DNA of 63,875 nt, the filler included, from Octopus bimaculoides (lineage: Eukaryota), in assembly GCF_001194135.2 (NCBI RefSeq). It is 6 parts of 6 records of this genome, joined end to end, with 100 filler letters (N's around TTAATTAATTAA, not from the genome) between each part and the next. Parts side by side here need not be neighbours in the genome. Positions count along the whole stretch, not along the records: positions 46,916 to 60,617 come from NC_068994.1; positions 60,718 to 63,875 come from NC_068982.1; 4 more parts are not named here. The stretch is one strand, 5' to 3'. A program made the position numbers and the translations under genes. How positions within the stretch are numbered: the stretch's first letter is position 1; each line of letters begins with the position of its first letter. This document shows positions 50,032 to 63,875 of this stretch, piece after piece. Below the pieces are notes generated by a model. The model did not search any database, was not told the origin of the DNA, and worked only from the letters and a program-made list of their open reading frames with translations.

Positions 50032-53000
50032 GTATGTATAGAAATTTCTTTCTAACTCAATCAATCTTGAAAGAAGTATTGTTATTACTGTGTAAACATT
50101 GTGTAATCATAGAAGATTAACTTGCATATGTTTTATGTATATGTGAATAATGATGACTTTAAATTTCTTTAGACTTTCCTCTAATCCACTGTAGCTTATA
50201 TATGTTTTTTTCAAGCCATAGACCCCTTATAGATATTTTCTGATCTACAGGTAGTGGTATGGCTGTGTGGTTATGAAGTTCACTTGCTAGCCATGTCATT
50301 TTGGGTTCAATCCCACTGTGTGATGCCTTGGGCTAGTGTTTTTTTGCTATAGATCTGTGCCAATCAAAGCCTTGTATGTGGATTTGATTGATGGAAACTG
50401 AAAAAGAAGCTTATCAGAGAAACAAAATGTCCTCAGTTGCAACAATGTAATTCTTTAGGCAAGCTCAAGTTAGGAACCCTGAGTTACACACACAAGCACT
50501 CACACACACACGTGCATGCACACGCACGTGTGTGCACATGCACCAGCACTCTGTCAGTTACAACAACAAGGGTTCCAGTTAATCTGATCAATGGAACGCC
50601 CTGCTTGTGAAATTGACGTGAAAGTGGTTGAGCACTCCACAGATGTGTACTCTTGATGTAGTTCCAAGGGATATTCAGATGGCACAGAATCTAATAAGGC
50701 TGACCTTTGAAATACAGGTCCTACTCAATTTTGCCAGCTGAATCGACTGGAGCAACATGAAATAAAGTGTCTTGCTCAAGGACACAAAGCACGACCAGTT
50801 CATTGAATTATACAATTTGCTGTGTATTCCACAGACACCTTGTGTCCTTAATAAATCCCTCAGACTGAATTGAATCAACATGACACCTATTGCAGTAAAG
50901 TTCAGTCTTCAAATACAGGTGTAGCTCAACCAAATGCTTCTAACCAGTTTGTTTCTAACCAATTTCATTAAAAAAAAACAAAAGTTAAAGACCCACAACC
51001 ATGGTTTCGAATATTGCCTTTCCATCTTCCATCTCCCTCGGAATTCTTTTTCTCCAAATTTGTTTTTGCATTGGTTGCATTTCTCAGGGAATTGCATCAA
51101 CCACCACCACCACCACCTACACCATCACCACTGCTACCACCACCTCTGTTGCCACTACTGTGACCACCAGCACCAGCATCACTACTACCATTACTATCAA
51201 CACTACTAGTATTTCATCATATCCTCTACAGACATTTTCACAAGCTGTTGCTTTACTATGTTTAACTAGATTAAATACTGAATGGATTTTGTGACAATTT
51301 TACTAAATTAATGCTTCAGCTGTTTGATTAATGGAATTAACTAGTCAATGAATTACAGTTATAAGTGGAGGAGAAATACATCCAAACTTACGCCATAGGT
51401 GATGTAATCTACTTACCCATCCTCTGAAATTGCTGGCCATGTGCCAAAATTTGAAACCAATATGCTGTATATTTAGAAGTCCCGGTTCTTCTGTCTTTCT
51501 GGCAATGGTCTTGCTATATACTTATTTCTTGTGCTAAATATCCAAAAAATTAAAGTTCTACTTATTCCTTTCCTATATATTGAGCAAAGCTGCTCCACTC
51601 TTTTATTATCTAGTCCATTGGCTAATAAAGTACATAAAACAAATCAACTACTAGACCTTTGACTCCAAACTATTGTTTCAAGTTGGGGCCATTTTTTTCC
51701 TTCTTTTCTTTTGTTTTATATTAATTAAAACACTTCAATAAGTGTTGCAATGAACACCTAGTTATCTGTCTAGTACATCGGTCTGTCATAAATTAACACT
51801 GCCTATAGAGCTGTTGTGCTTTTTTTTTGTTTTTTATTTTTATTTTTTGTGATTGTTGTTGTTGATGATGTTCAACTTACTGTTTTTATTTTTGTGGATT
51901 TTGTTGTAACTGCAGATCACTAATACACAACAATTTGCAATGTTTCACTGTTCCTGATTTTAGCCCAATAAAACTCTATAGATCACTGGAAGATGTGCAA
52001 CCAAATGAATAATACTCTATTTCAGTCATTTACCATAGCTTCAATGTATTGCTTCTATTGGGCATCGACGCATTAAAGTTTTGGTGTCTAGCAGCAGACT
52101 TTGTAGAAGCCCACAAAATTATCCTCCATCTTTTCAATAACAACTTTAGCCAACTTTTTGAATTTACTATATCTACTACCCATGGAGATGTTTATAAAAT
52201 CAAAAAACACCTCCACCTTACCTGAAGTCAGGTCTTATTATTGAGATTAGATTATACATTGTATTTCCAATGTTGTTTCACACCTGTTTATTTTGATGTA
52301 TGTACAAGTACATATGAGTTTGTGTATTTGTTTGTGTAATGTGACCTATACACACCTACACACTTATATAATTATGTAATATATGTAATGTATGTATCAA
52401 TGTACTTATGTGTGTATGTGAGCATGTATGAGTTACATACACAAACACACATATATCATATCTCTGAACAATTGATGATGTAATATGTTTGGATCTTTTC
52501 TGTTTGGTTGCCAGTTTTCAATCTCTTCTATTTCTGTTCGAATTGATTTCATATTCAGTGTAATGATGTAGTTTTATATGGTAATCAATGTCATGGAATT
52601 CATTTTCGCCATAAATCAATAAATAAAGAGTTATTAACTTTTAAAGTTTGCAAATTTTGGGTAATTTTAGCTAATCATGTAAAGTTCTGCATAGTTTTTT
52701 GAAGTTATAAATTACAGGCTGACTCTACGGAAACTAGCTTTCCAGGCAGCATACTACTGACACTTGCTCTCAGTATGTTTGCATATTTTGTTCTTTATTT
52801 TTCAATTTTTGTATTACAATGTTGCTTCCCTTTTTTCCTGACTGCCTTACTGGCTTGCCATGGGATAATATGGTGATGTATCAAAGCGAGTTAACTACCT
52901 TTTTTCACATATTGTTTGCATTTACAAAGTGGAAAGCTCTGTTTACCGAAACACTATTGCTGTGTATGTGTGCAGCACTTTGCTGAACGTTGCCGCTAAA

Positions 53001-53659
53001 GGTTCTTTTGCGAAACAGAGAGGCAACAAGATCTGTTTCTGCTGTGACTCGAAGAGAGAAGAACTGCGACTGAAGCGTGAATAATGTTGAACCATCAGAA
53101 GATCTTGGAAACCTTTGTCCAACAGCCAAATGCTTTTGAACACCTTTCTCTCTCCTGAAGAAAAAGATTACTTCTTCTCTATGAAAATTCAATTAATTCA
53201 CTGTAAGTTTTATATTATGATATTTCAACACAGATCATCATATCTTCTCTACTTACAACAAAATGCCTTTCTTTGACATAGCCATAGCTGTTACACTTCC
53301 AATGTTTGTTATTTGTATATGCAATTTATGACAAATAAAATTATAATGTTGTTCAAGTGAATCCATAATTTAATTTCACGCCTAACAAAGACACTCTGTT
53401 ACACCCAAAGCCTTCTGAGATAATTAAAATCTTAAAAAAACATATATCTCACTACACTGCTGACTTCTTCAATCTGCGCTGTAAATTTGTGCATTATTTT
53501 ATCGAGTAAGAATATGCAATGAAGGTTTCTTTTTTGGCAGTGGATTGGGGGATGTTATGAATTTATTATAATATTATTATAGTATTGTATACAAATTATA
53601 TAATATTATATTAAATATCAAATGATTCATAATATATATATATAAATTAGCAAAACATA

Positions 53660-53754
53660 AAATATTTATTTATACATAAAAATATGTGTGGGGCCACTGA
53701 GGGTATTATGTGGCCATGAGTGGGGCAGTGGCTCAAAAAGTTTGAGAACCTCTG
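53660..53754 (-). mobile_element. hAT/Charlie-like terminus
   Basis: CAGAGGTTCTCAAACTTTT on the minus strand. Confidence 0.5.
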
Positions 53755-54644
53755 CTTTAAAGTAATGCCAAGCTGAGTCAAACTGTTGCTTCCCCATCTA
53801 CGTGGTTCCAGGTTCAGTTCTATTGTGTGGCACCTTGGGCAAGTGAAATGTAACCCCAGGCATACCAGAGTCTTGTGAGCAGATTTGGTTGATGGAAACT
53901 GAAAGAAGCACATTGCATGTGTGTGTGTGTATGGCTTAGTGGTTAGGGTGTTGTACTCATGACTGCGAGATCGTGGTTTCGATTCCAGACTGGGCATTGC
54001 ATTGTGTTCTTGTGTAAAACACTTCATTTCATGTTGCTCTGTGATCATTTCCGCATCTGACATGTGGTACATTGTGCACCTGTACCGGTAATATCAATTT
54101 GATGGAGGGGGTGAGATTATGTGAATACAAACATTTGATTACAATAAACAAATCATCTGTATGGTTGTTCAACAAGAAATTGCAGAACCCTCATATGATG
54201 GGAGAGTCTATGATGATATATGTGTGTGTGTGTTTGTGTGAGTGAGTTCATATTCCTTCAACATGCAATCATTTGTTGATTGTAAGCAATGAATTTGCAA
54301 GCGATGTCATTTGTCCAACACAAAAGCATATCTGTGTTTCTTGAGATGTCTTGACATGGCTTGACATGTTGCATGGTCTTTTTTAAGACAGAAGACTTAT
54401 TCATCCAGTGTTGTTCGCTTCCAGTTGTACATATGAACACATCAGGGTGAGCTGTTTGCTGTTTGTTGATTGATAAACAGGGACGTTTTTATTTTTCGTG
54501 GAAAAAAGCAGGGGATTCACAATAGAAAGGGCATTCAACCATAGAAAACTCTGCCCTGACATGTTCTCGCCTGACCTATACAAGTATGGAAAAAAATAGA
54601 GGTTAAAATGATGATGATGATGATATGTGTGTGTGTGTTTATTA

Positions 54645-55109
54645 TTTTATTTGTTTCAGTCATTGGACTGTGGCCATGCTGGGGCACTGTCTTGAAGAAT
54701 TTTAGTCAAATGAATCGACACAAGTGTTTATTTTTCTTTCTTTAAACCTGGTACTTATTCTATTGGCCTCTTTTGCTGAACTACTAACTTATGGGGACGT
54801 TAACAAACTAACACCGGTTGTCAAGTGGTGGTTAGAGACAAACACAGACACAAACAAACACACACATGCACGCCCGTGTGCATATACATATACATATATG
54901 CACACATATACAACAGGCCTCTTCCAGTTTCCATGTACAAATTCATTCATAAGCCTTAGGTTGGGCTGAAGTTACAGTTGAAGACGTTTTCCCAAGGTGC
55001 TATGCAGTGGAACTAAACCTGGAACCATGTGGTCAGGAAGCTAACTTCTTACCACACAGTCACACCTGTGCCTCTCTCTCACTCTCTCTATCTCTCTGTG
55101 TATATATAT

Positions 55110-55148
<39 letters not shown>

Positions 55149-55745
55149 TGCAGGCGTAGCTGTAGTTAGAAGCTTGCTTCCCAACCACATGGCTCTGGGT
55201 TCAGAGACCCACTGTGTGGAATCTGGGCAAGTGTCTTCTACTATAGCCTTGGGCTGACCAAAGCCTTGTGAGTGGATTTGGTAGACGGAAACTGAAGAAG
55301 CCTNNNNNNNNNNNNNNNNNNNNNNNNNNNNNNNNNNNNNNNNNNNNNNNNNNNNNNNNNNNNNNNNNNNNNNNNNNNNNNNNNNNNNNNNNNNNNNNNN
55401 NNNNNNNNNNNNNNNNNNNNNNNNNNNNNNNNNNNNNNNNNNNNNNNNNNNNNNNNNNNNNNNNNNNNNNNNNNNNNNNNNNNNNNNNNNNNNNNNNNNN
55501 NNNNNNNNNNNNNNNNNNNNNNNNNNNNNNNNNNNNNNNNNNNNNNNNNNNNNNNNNNNNNNNNNNNNNNNNNNNNNNNNNNNNNNNNNNNNNNNNNNNN
55601 NNNNNNNNNNNNNNNNNNNNNNNNNNNNNNNNNNNNATAGGTACTAGGCTTACAATGAATAAGTCCTGGGGTCAATTATTTCAACTAAAGGCAGTGCTCC
55701 AGGATGGCCACAATCAAATGACTGAAGCAAGTAAAAGAATAAAAC
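54645..55745. mobile_element. Head-to-head pair of SINE family B copies (- at about 54645-55072; + at about 55146-55745, with gap)
   Basis: Complementary heads (ggaaccatgtggtcaggaagctaacttcttaccacacag versus gctgtagttagaagcttgcttcccaaccacatggctc) separated by (CT)n(AT)n. Confidence 0.75.
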
Positions 55746-55867
55746 AATAGATGAGAGAGAGAGCAGGTCTGATGAGTCGCCTATATTACCAAATGCAATA
55801 AATACATGAAACAAATGGTAAATTTCTGTCAATGCATAATCAAGGGTAGACTGCTCTACTGCATAAA

Positions 55868-55904
<37 letters not shown>

Positions 55905-56024
55905 TATATTTGTGTGTATGTATGCATGTATTTATGTGTGTGTATATATTACATGTAAGTTGTCTAAAGATCCATAAGTCAGGAAAAAGATGCACTCCTA
56001 TATCTGTCAATAGAGTGGGTATAT

Positions 56025-57116
56025 TATCCGAAGTGTACAGTATTATATATCCATCATGGCTGATCTTACCAATCAGTTTTGCACTAGGGGTGCAATGGAG
56101 TGTTAGGTAGCAATCTGATTACATAACCCTACGCTCATCAGAGGTAGCTTATATGGAATGAGATATAGCGACTGCTCTTAATTGCTGGGGGTGAATAGAC
56201 GCATCCAGTTTGTGGTTGCTGTGAGAAGATGATGAAACAAAATGAGTAGGGGATTTAGTTAAGAGTTATGTCCCTTGATACCAAGACCTCACCACTGGGT
56301 TAGTTTATCTGCAAGTCAGTAAGAGCTATCTTGAAGTGTTTGTGGAAATTAGGTATGTGTATTGGTACTATATATATATATATATTTTTTGCAGGGGTGT
56401 AGGCATACACAACTGTGATCATTAGTGTGCTTTCTTTCTGTATTGGTTAAGGTCGTTGGGGCTTTATGTGTACATGCAGTGTGTGTAGAAGTTCAATATG
56501 TGTGGGGAGAGTTTATATTAATGAGGAGGGAAACAGTCAATTTGGTAGGTGTCTGCTGCATTGTGCCCCATCATGACTACAGTCACCGGTCCCCTAACCT
56601 CAGCTCTCCACCAGTACCTTGGAGTCTGGCAAAGAGCTTGACCAGAAAATTCACCAATGTACCCACATACAAACATGCATTCCCCAACGTGGTGGACACC
56701 TACCAAATCACAGTTGTGTGTGCCTGCATCTGCTACAAACGTTATACAGAGAGTACCACTACTCATACCTTAATTTCCACATGAACACCAACTTGAAAGA
56801 CGTACACATTTCCCACAAACACTTCAAGATAGCACTTACTGACTTGCAGGTAAACCAACCCAATGGTGATGTTTCAGTATCGAGGGGCACAACTCTTAAC
56901 TTAATTTCCTACTTGTTTTGTTTCATCATCTTCTCATAGCAACCACAAACCCGATGTGTCTATTCACCTACAACAAAAGAGATCAGTCAGCATATTTCAT
57001 ACCATATTGGCTACCTCTGATGAGCATAGGGTTATATAATCAGATTGTTACCTAACACTCCATTATGAAACTGGTAATATTGGTCATGATGGCTGTATAA
57101 TACTGTGAACTTTGGA

Positions 57117-57118
<2 letters not shown>
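56025..57118. repeat. About 1.1-kb imperfect inverted repeat (foldback), arms probably PLE-derived
   Basis: Left arm about 56025-56420 (plus 56538-56565) is the reverse complement of the right arm about 56680-57118, e.g. gtttgtggttgctgtgagaagatgatgaaacaaaa / ttttgtttcatcatcttctcatagcaaccacaaac. Confidence 0.9.
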
Positions 57119-57181
<63 letters not shown>

Positions 57182-58227
57182 CACACACCTGTATGTGGTT
57201 GCAGGTCTACAGTATGTAGACAGTTGATCAATACTTGTGTGTGACCCAGATATTTCATTCCATTCCTCTGTCTTGTGAGGGAGACAATACTGCACACACA
57301 CACCAACACTATGCTTTCTGATGCAATAAGGGCATACAACATTTTTTATTTTTTCTCTTTCTTGTCCTGTCTTTTACTTAATGTCTGTATGTCCTGTCAG
57401 TGGCCACAATGACAGTGTATGGCATGAACTCAAAGCATTATAGTTGTTGTTCCTCTTCTCGTATCATTAGTTGTGTACATCTCAGCACACACAGGTGTTT
57501 AGAGCCAGTGATGTTATTGATGTCTCTGATGCTAATTTTGTGTTTGTGTACAAGCCTTTTATCAATGTTTGCCAGTATTGCATCGAAAGGATAGTGTTGT
57601 AGGTTGTGAATTGATAGTCATTAGAGCATCAGACAGAATACTTTGTGACGTGATATTCATTTCAATGCTCTTCACACTGAACTTGAACCCCCATCAAGAT
57701 CAACCTTGTCTTTCATCTTTTCAGGGCTGGAAGTTGATAAATAAAGTACCAGCCAAGTTAGTGGACTGGTAGAATTGTAACAATATCAGACACAAACACA
57801 CACACACACACACACACACAACAGGCTTCTTCCAGTTTCCATGTACCAAATCCACTCATAAGCCTTTGGTCTGCCCAAGGCTGTAGTAGAAGACACTTGT
57901 TCAAGGTGCCATGCAGTGGAACTGAACCTGGAACCATGTAGTCAGGAAGCAAAATTCTTACCACACAGCCAATAGTATGTTCAGTCTCTCTCTGGGTTCC
58001 AATGATTACACTTGTAATGACTCTAATGTTGAGCTGTATCACCCTTGTCCTTCTCTTGAATAAGAGCAGTGCCATAAAAAGGAGGAGACTTGCATGTATG
58101 GATAACGTGCTAGTCTTCCATAAAAAACCTTGCCCAATCCTTTGCCTTGGAGAACTCATCAGGTGAAAATTCTCAGACCATTTATAACAGATGACAAAGG
58201 CCCTTGTAGAAATATTCCAGAGATGTT

Positions 58228-58511
58228 ATCATCATCATCATCATCGTTTAACGTCCGCTTTCCATGCTAGCATGGGTTGGACGATTTGACTGAGGACTGG
58301 TGAAACTGGATGGCAACACCAGGCTCCAATCTGATTTGGCAGAGTTTCTACAGCTGGATGCCCTTCCTAACGCCAACCACTCAGAGAGTGTAGTGGGTGC
58401 TTTTACGTGTCACCCGCACGAAGGCCAGTCAGGCGGTACTGGCAACGGCCACGCTCAAAATGGTGTATTTTATGTGCCACCTGCACAAGAGCCAGTCCAG
58501 GGGCACTGGCG
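58228..58511 (-). mobile_element. 3' end of RTE-type LINE with (ATG)n tail
   Basis: (atc)n gtttaacgtccgctttccatgctagcatgggttggacg...; homologous to 12704-12895. Confidence 0.65.
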
Positions 58512-60717
58512 TTTTATGGGATGTGGTTATGCATGTAGTTTCAGAGACTATGAAGTCTGGAGTTTGCTACAGCAACAAACTGAGCTCCACACATGACCAG
58601 CTGCTATTTCATTTTGAGTTTTTTTGTTTGTTTGTTTGTTTCATTGTGTAGGTGTGGACTCTTCACAATCTGTGATAATACAAAGCATACTATTTTGTGT
58701 TGTAGTTTATTATAGTTTGTTGGGGAAGAGATTGGGAGGTAGTTTTAGGCAAGACTGCCACAATACTTGATAAATTGTACATTAGTGTTGTCATTTCTTT
58801 GTATTGGCCAGATGTCTAAAAGCCACAACTTTTAACTAAGTGAGTTTGTGTGTTATTTTGTTTTCTTTACCATGTCTTTTACATCTGCTCTGAATATTAT
58901 AGAGGTGCTCTTTTGTGTGTATGAGATCTATATGATGTAATAGTATTCTGTGTCTTTGACTTTGTGTATGTACATATATGTATATATATGTATTTACATT
59001 TTTTCTTGGTATCATTCAAGTAACATCTTCTAAACCAGTGGTCTGGTCACTTATCTCTTTATTTAGAAGACAAAATTGGGCTTGCATCCCACACGATGCT
59101 TCTTTGCCATAATGTTCAATAAGTTTAAAGCTATCTTTATTAAATTAAACTTAGCAATAATGTAATAATGACCTATCAGAATCATTTGTGCTTCAGAAAA
59201 AATGTTTTGCGGCATTTGTTCTGGCTCTTTACATTTTAAGTTCAAATCCCACCTAGATCAGTTTTTTCATCTCTTCAGGATCAATAAAATAAAGTACAGT
59301 CAAGTACTGGTATCAATGACTATCCCACCTCCCTTCAAAATTGCTAGCCTTCTGCCTAAATCAGAAACCATTATAACACATATTCGTAGACAATTTCATT
59401 AAAAATATCCATTTTTCTGAAAGTTATGATCATCCGAAGTTGGGGGCACAGAAATATATTCAACATAACCCGACGCATGCCCCACCAAAATATTACCATG
59501 CCCTACCAGTGGGGCATGCACCCCCCCCCCCACGTTGGGAATCAGGGATCTACTGTCATTCCAAAACCACCACCACTGCCCCTGCCATTGCCACCACTGT
59601 CACCAAGATTGTCTTTTGTCTATCTATCACTTATTCTTAAGTAATTAATTGCTAACCTATGTTGGGTAATGCATTTTTCATCAGGAAGGTATTTGTCTTG
59701 TTTTCTGCTGAGAATAAAGTCTGTCTAACTTATGTGTTCACCTGATTTGTAGGTAACTAGGTGGCTGGCTTGTTTCGGAAGTTTGTATTGCAGATAGTTA
59801 CACAACTTTAAGTCTCAGCCAACATGCATTTTATGATAAATTTGATTCTACGTTTGGTATTGAGCCCCACCTCATCAGTAAATGTTCTGTACATTTATTT
59901 TGACTCGCGCTATTGCGTGTAAAATATATATTAAATTTATGTAGCAGTATGTCTATGTTGTGAAGAATGACACAAATTTTATTAATATAAAATGTACGTT
60001 CATTCCAAACAGTAGGGGAAACCATAAATATGTCTCTTAATTAAAGACTGCACTTTATATTTTGCAGAAAAATATAACAATTCATAAATGTGATGAGAAT
60101 TTTTTTTTTTTTAAATTCTGTTGGTGGTCCTGTGACATACAGCAAATCTTTTACTAGAAGCATGTATGTGTATGGTTGTGTGCATGGGTAGATGATTTAG
60201 TCAAGTAATTTGGGTCAAGAGGGAAAAGAATGATGCAGTCTAGACAAAGTTGGAAGTGCATTGTAACCAGTGCAGTATAACAACACCTGTTGGTTTAATT
60301 GGAACTGTAATACTGTAATATAGCCATGGGTAGGTAGATAAATAAATACATAGATAGATGACGTTAAATGTTAAATGTATTGTTATATTTGAGAATAGTC
60401 ATGGCTTTTATGCCAATTAACCACACACTATATAGGTTTTCAAAAATATTGCCTTTTGGGATGGTCATATTTTTTTGTCAATTAATCACACATGGTCTAT
60501 GTATATGTATATATATATATATATACACACACATACATACATATATATACACATACATACATACATACATATATATATATATACAAAAAAATATGACCAT
60601 CCCAAAAGGCAATATTTNNNNNNNNNNNNNNNNNNNNNNNNNNNNNNNNNNNNNNNNNNNNTTAATTAATTAANNNNNNNNNNNNNNNNNNNNNNNNNNN
60701 NNNNNNNNNNNNNNNNN

Positions 60718-60761
<44 letters not shown>

Positions 60762-63544
60762 AAGAGGTGCGATCCAGAGATGCTCAATATAGAAAACACG
60801 TTGTAGTACTCAAATTATTTGAACTTACACTCTGAAGCGTAATTCTGCAGTGTAAGGCTACAAGAGGAACACAGGTGAGTGAATATGTATGGAGATAATG
60901 CTGCTTTTCACCATCTTAATAAAATGGCTTCAAATGAACTTCTAAGCTGATGATCATTTACAACGCCAGCTAATTCTCAGTAAACGCTGAGAGAACCTCT
61001 GGATTGGTATACGTATCATGAATTTTAGAGCGTATGGTCGACTGGATTAATCTCATTGGGTCTATCACAAGTTGTTATAACATTGTAAAATAATGACTGA
61101 TTTGAATAGTAATAGCCAATCAAATTTATTGTTTATTCGGATAGTAAGGCGACGATCCGGCAGAATCATTAGCAAGTAGGTCAAAATGCATAGCGGTAAT
61201 TCGTCCGCCGTTACGCTCTGTCTTCTAATTCCGCCGTGATCAACTTTACCGTTCATCCTTACGGAGCCGATAAAATAAGTACTAGTTGAGCCCCGAAGTC
61301 GATATAATTGACTAGACCCCACCAAATTCTTTCAGGCTTTGTCCCTATAGAAAGGATTGCCTATTTCGACATTGAGTCCATGGTGAGTTCCGTCGATGAA
61401 CATTCACTTGTTCAAATCAACTGAACCATATATTAAGCTAACGTATATGTAGTGAGTATTCAACAAACGCGTATCCTTAATGTAATTCTTATGCCGAGTT
61501 AGTATATAATACGATATATGACAATATACGATATATGAAACTTTAAAATTATTTGTATAATCTATTATTCGGACATAGTTTATCTTGGAATACATTAGCC
61601 AATGTGTTTTTCCGTTAGAAGGAATGTGGTTGTTATTTTTAGCAATTTGAGCAGTCACATAGACGCTCTGTCGTTGGTTGGTTGTTGTGAGATATAATAT
61701 TATTTTTTGTTTTTAGTCCCATGCTAGCTATATTGATGAGACATTTATCAGTGGCGTTCCAGCTGTAACTATGTTAGTTTATCAGCACTTGACAATTTAT
61801 TCTTGTCTCAAGGACTGCCAATCCTAAATCAAAATATTACCAGTCTGTTAGGCAGCATTAGACGCATAATTTAATCATTTGATCTGAAAATAACTTTTTC
61901 AGTTTTTATTTAACAAAAGTTTTAGCTTTTGATGGCACCTGTAAAAGTACTGCAAAGTCCTTGTAGCACAATGTCTTGTAAGAAGAAAACTCGGACTGCT
62001 TTATTCTTTGGTAACCTGTCTTTGTTCCAGAAATATCAAGGTAACTGTAGCGTTCGTTAAATAATAGAAAATTCAGGCAGACTGCAGAATTGGCATGCAT
62101 TGTTGATACTCAAAGAGATGTAACAGAAATTCTTCTCTACCACTATTTGAGCGTAAAACATAGAGGCATGGTGCTACGGAGTTCTTGCTCTTCAGCCCAT
62201 TTACAAACCATTTACAATGGTTTCTAACTGTGTCATAAAGTCAAAAAATTCAAAGGAGTAAACAACTAATCAAGTGTATATTCTTCCAAAAATAAATTGA
62301 AAAGGAAAGTAAATTTAACAGAATGTGTGCTCAGAACGTAAAAGATTGTCAATAAGGACGACAGGGTACACCATCGACTCTGTCATCCTTCCTGGTTATA
62401 AGAGCAATAGGAACGAGATCTCATAAATGGATGGAAGTGTTGGGGTGCGGAATTAATTTAGACTTTCCGATTACATAGCTAACAAAATGGACTCCGAAGG
62501 GATGAATAAAGCCAAGTTGACTTCGATGGAATTTGAACTCAGAACCCGAGGAATTACAACTATTCTGTGAAGAATTTTTTTTCTGGTGCTCTATCCGATC
62601 TATTGGCCATCAAATGAACAAACTCTAAGAAATAATGGTTTGTTGCATAGTTGCATAGAACGCTATAAATTCTGGAGAGATGAAAGGAAAGGCAAAGTAG
62701 TCTGTAGACAGATTTCACTTAGAATAATTGGTCTGCTAAAAGTAACAGCCAAATCGTCAAATCAAAATGACATCAAGTCTTGAAAGAAAATGGAACGACA
62801 CATTGAATTGATTATGTGGTCCTAGATATACAAAACGTGATGTTCAAGGTTGGAATACGATTGATTATAGGTTTGATGAATCAGGGTTGATATAGAGATG
62901 TCGAACCCCACACCGAAAGCAGCAGCACCACCATCACAACCACCAGCACAAGAACTAAGGACCAATGCCGTTTTAAGTCATGGTGTATACCCTCAGCAGT
63001 TGCCCGGCACACAGTACTTATTAATGTATACTGTCGCTTTTTGTAATAAATAAGACTAGATACCTTGGTATTGCTTTGCCTGGGACCTTCAGTGCTGTTA
63101 AGACGCGCTCGTTAAGAGATTCATTTGATGATCTTTAATAGATCTTCGCAAAATATATTTGTGGAGTTGACTACTAGAGAGAATGTCTGAAGTCACTTGA
63201 CTTACTAGAAATAGCACTGAAAATATCCCTCAAATATCAATATAAAGTTTTAAATAAGGGCACACATCATATTGTCCTAAATAGAGATGGTCACGGATAG
63301 AATGCTGATCTGAGACTAAACAACAAGAACCACATCAACAAGGTGTGTGGACTTGCGATGTTAATATGTATTGGCAAGCTCAGACAAGTGGCACTGCCAG
63401 GTAGAAATAACAGGAAGCGTATTCTTCAAATCAAACTGTATAGTCCTGTTTTTAAAAAGAAAGACGTTGTGTTCTCGACTGGAGCACCTTTGATCATAGG
63501 TTTGCTGTCAGAGTTCACCTGAAATAAATAACATCATCATCAAA

Positions 63545-63730
63545 TATATATATTATATATATATATGGGAGAATATACAAATAATAACAACAGACGAGGA
63601 CAGGTGGTGTAAATAACAAAAGTATATATTAGTATGACGCTCGGGGATACGGAAAGTCTTTGACGTTTCGAGCTACGCTCTTCAACAGAAAGAATACGGA
63701 GACAAGGAGAAAAATACGGAGAAAAAAAAA
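63545..63730 (-). mobile_element. PLE-like terminal repeat carrying a hammerhead-like motif (63657-63693)
   Basis: Minus strand TCTTT CTGTTGA A GAGC GTA GCTC GAAA CG TC AAAGA. Confidence 0.55.
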
Positions 63731-63875
63731 TTGAATAGTGTTCAGTCAACGGTCAATCATAATAATGGCCGATCATAACAATGACTGACCGGAAGTTAGA
63801 AATTCTTATTTCAGGAGAGCTAAGAAAGGGGGAGATAACAAACGGTGATCGGGAACGAGGGGCTGTGTGTGGGAG

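Noticed and set aside
60829-60857. Possible 29-nt minus-strand microexon (cctcttgtag ... gtaagt)
   Set aside because: Not frame-preserving, no host gene, expected by chance.

Overview
AT-rich, repeat-saturated animal DNA. The SINE families, microsatellite load and LINE/Penelope relics resemble Octopus (possibly O. bimaculoides; inferred from recalled repeat sequences, not checked). Five 100-bp spacers (44 N + TTAATTAATTAA + 44 N) split the window into six scaffolded blocks: 1-16903, 17004-31749, 31850-34060, 34161-46815, 46916-60617, 60718-63875. Two host-gene fragments are supported: (i) five phase-compatible minus-strand exons (45489 to 34509; 771 nt, 257 aa) encoding part of a polycystin-1-like REJ region, which the ORF track does not show as a gene; (ii) one plus-strand exon (49909-50031) of a METTL27/WBSCR27-like SAM methyltransferase. 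Most other identifiable sequence is mobile-element debris: tRNA-derived SINEs (three near-full copies with TSDs), RTE, R4/Dong-like and CR1-like LINE fragments, a dead DD37D (maT) Tc1/mariner element, MITEs and Penelope-like element (PLE) remnants. The most unusual signals are several minimal hammerhead-ribozyme-like motifs with non-canonical cores, inversions that break at those motifs, and a ~1.1-kb PLE-derived quasi-palindrome. Exon, TSD and motif coordinates were counted by hand; degenerate repeat boundaries are approximate (tens of bp).
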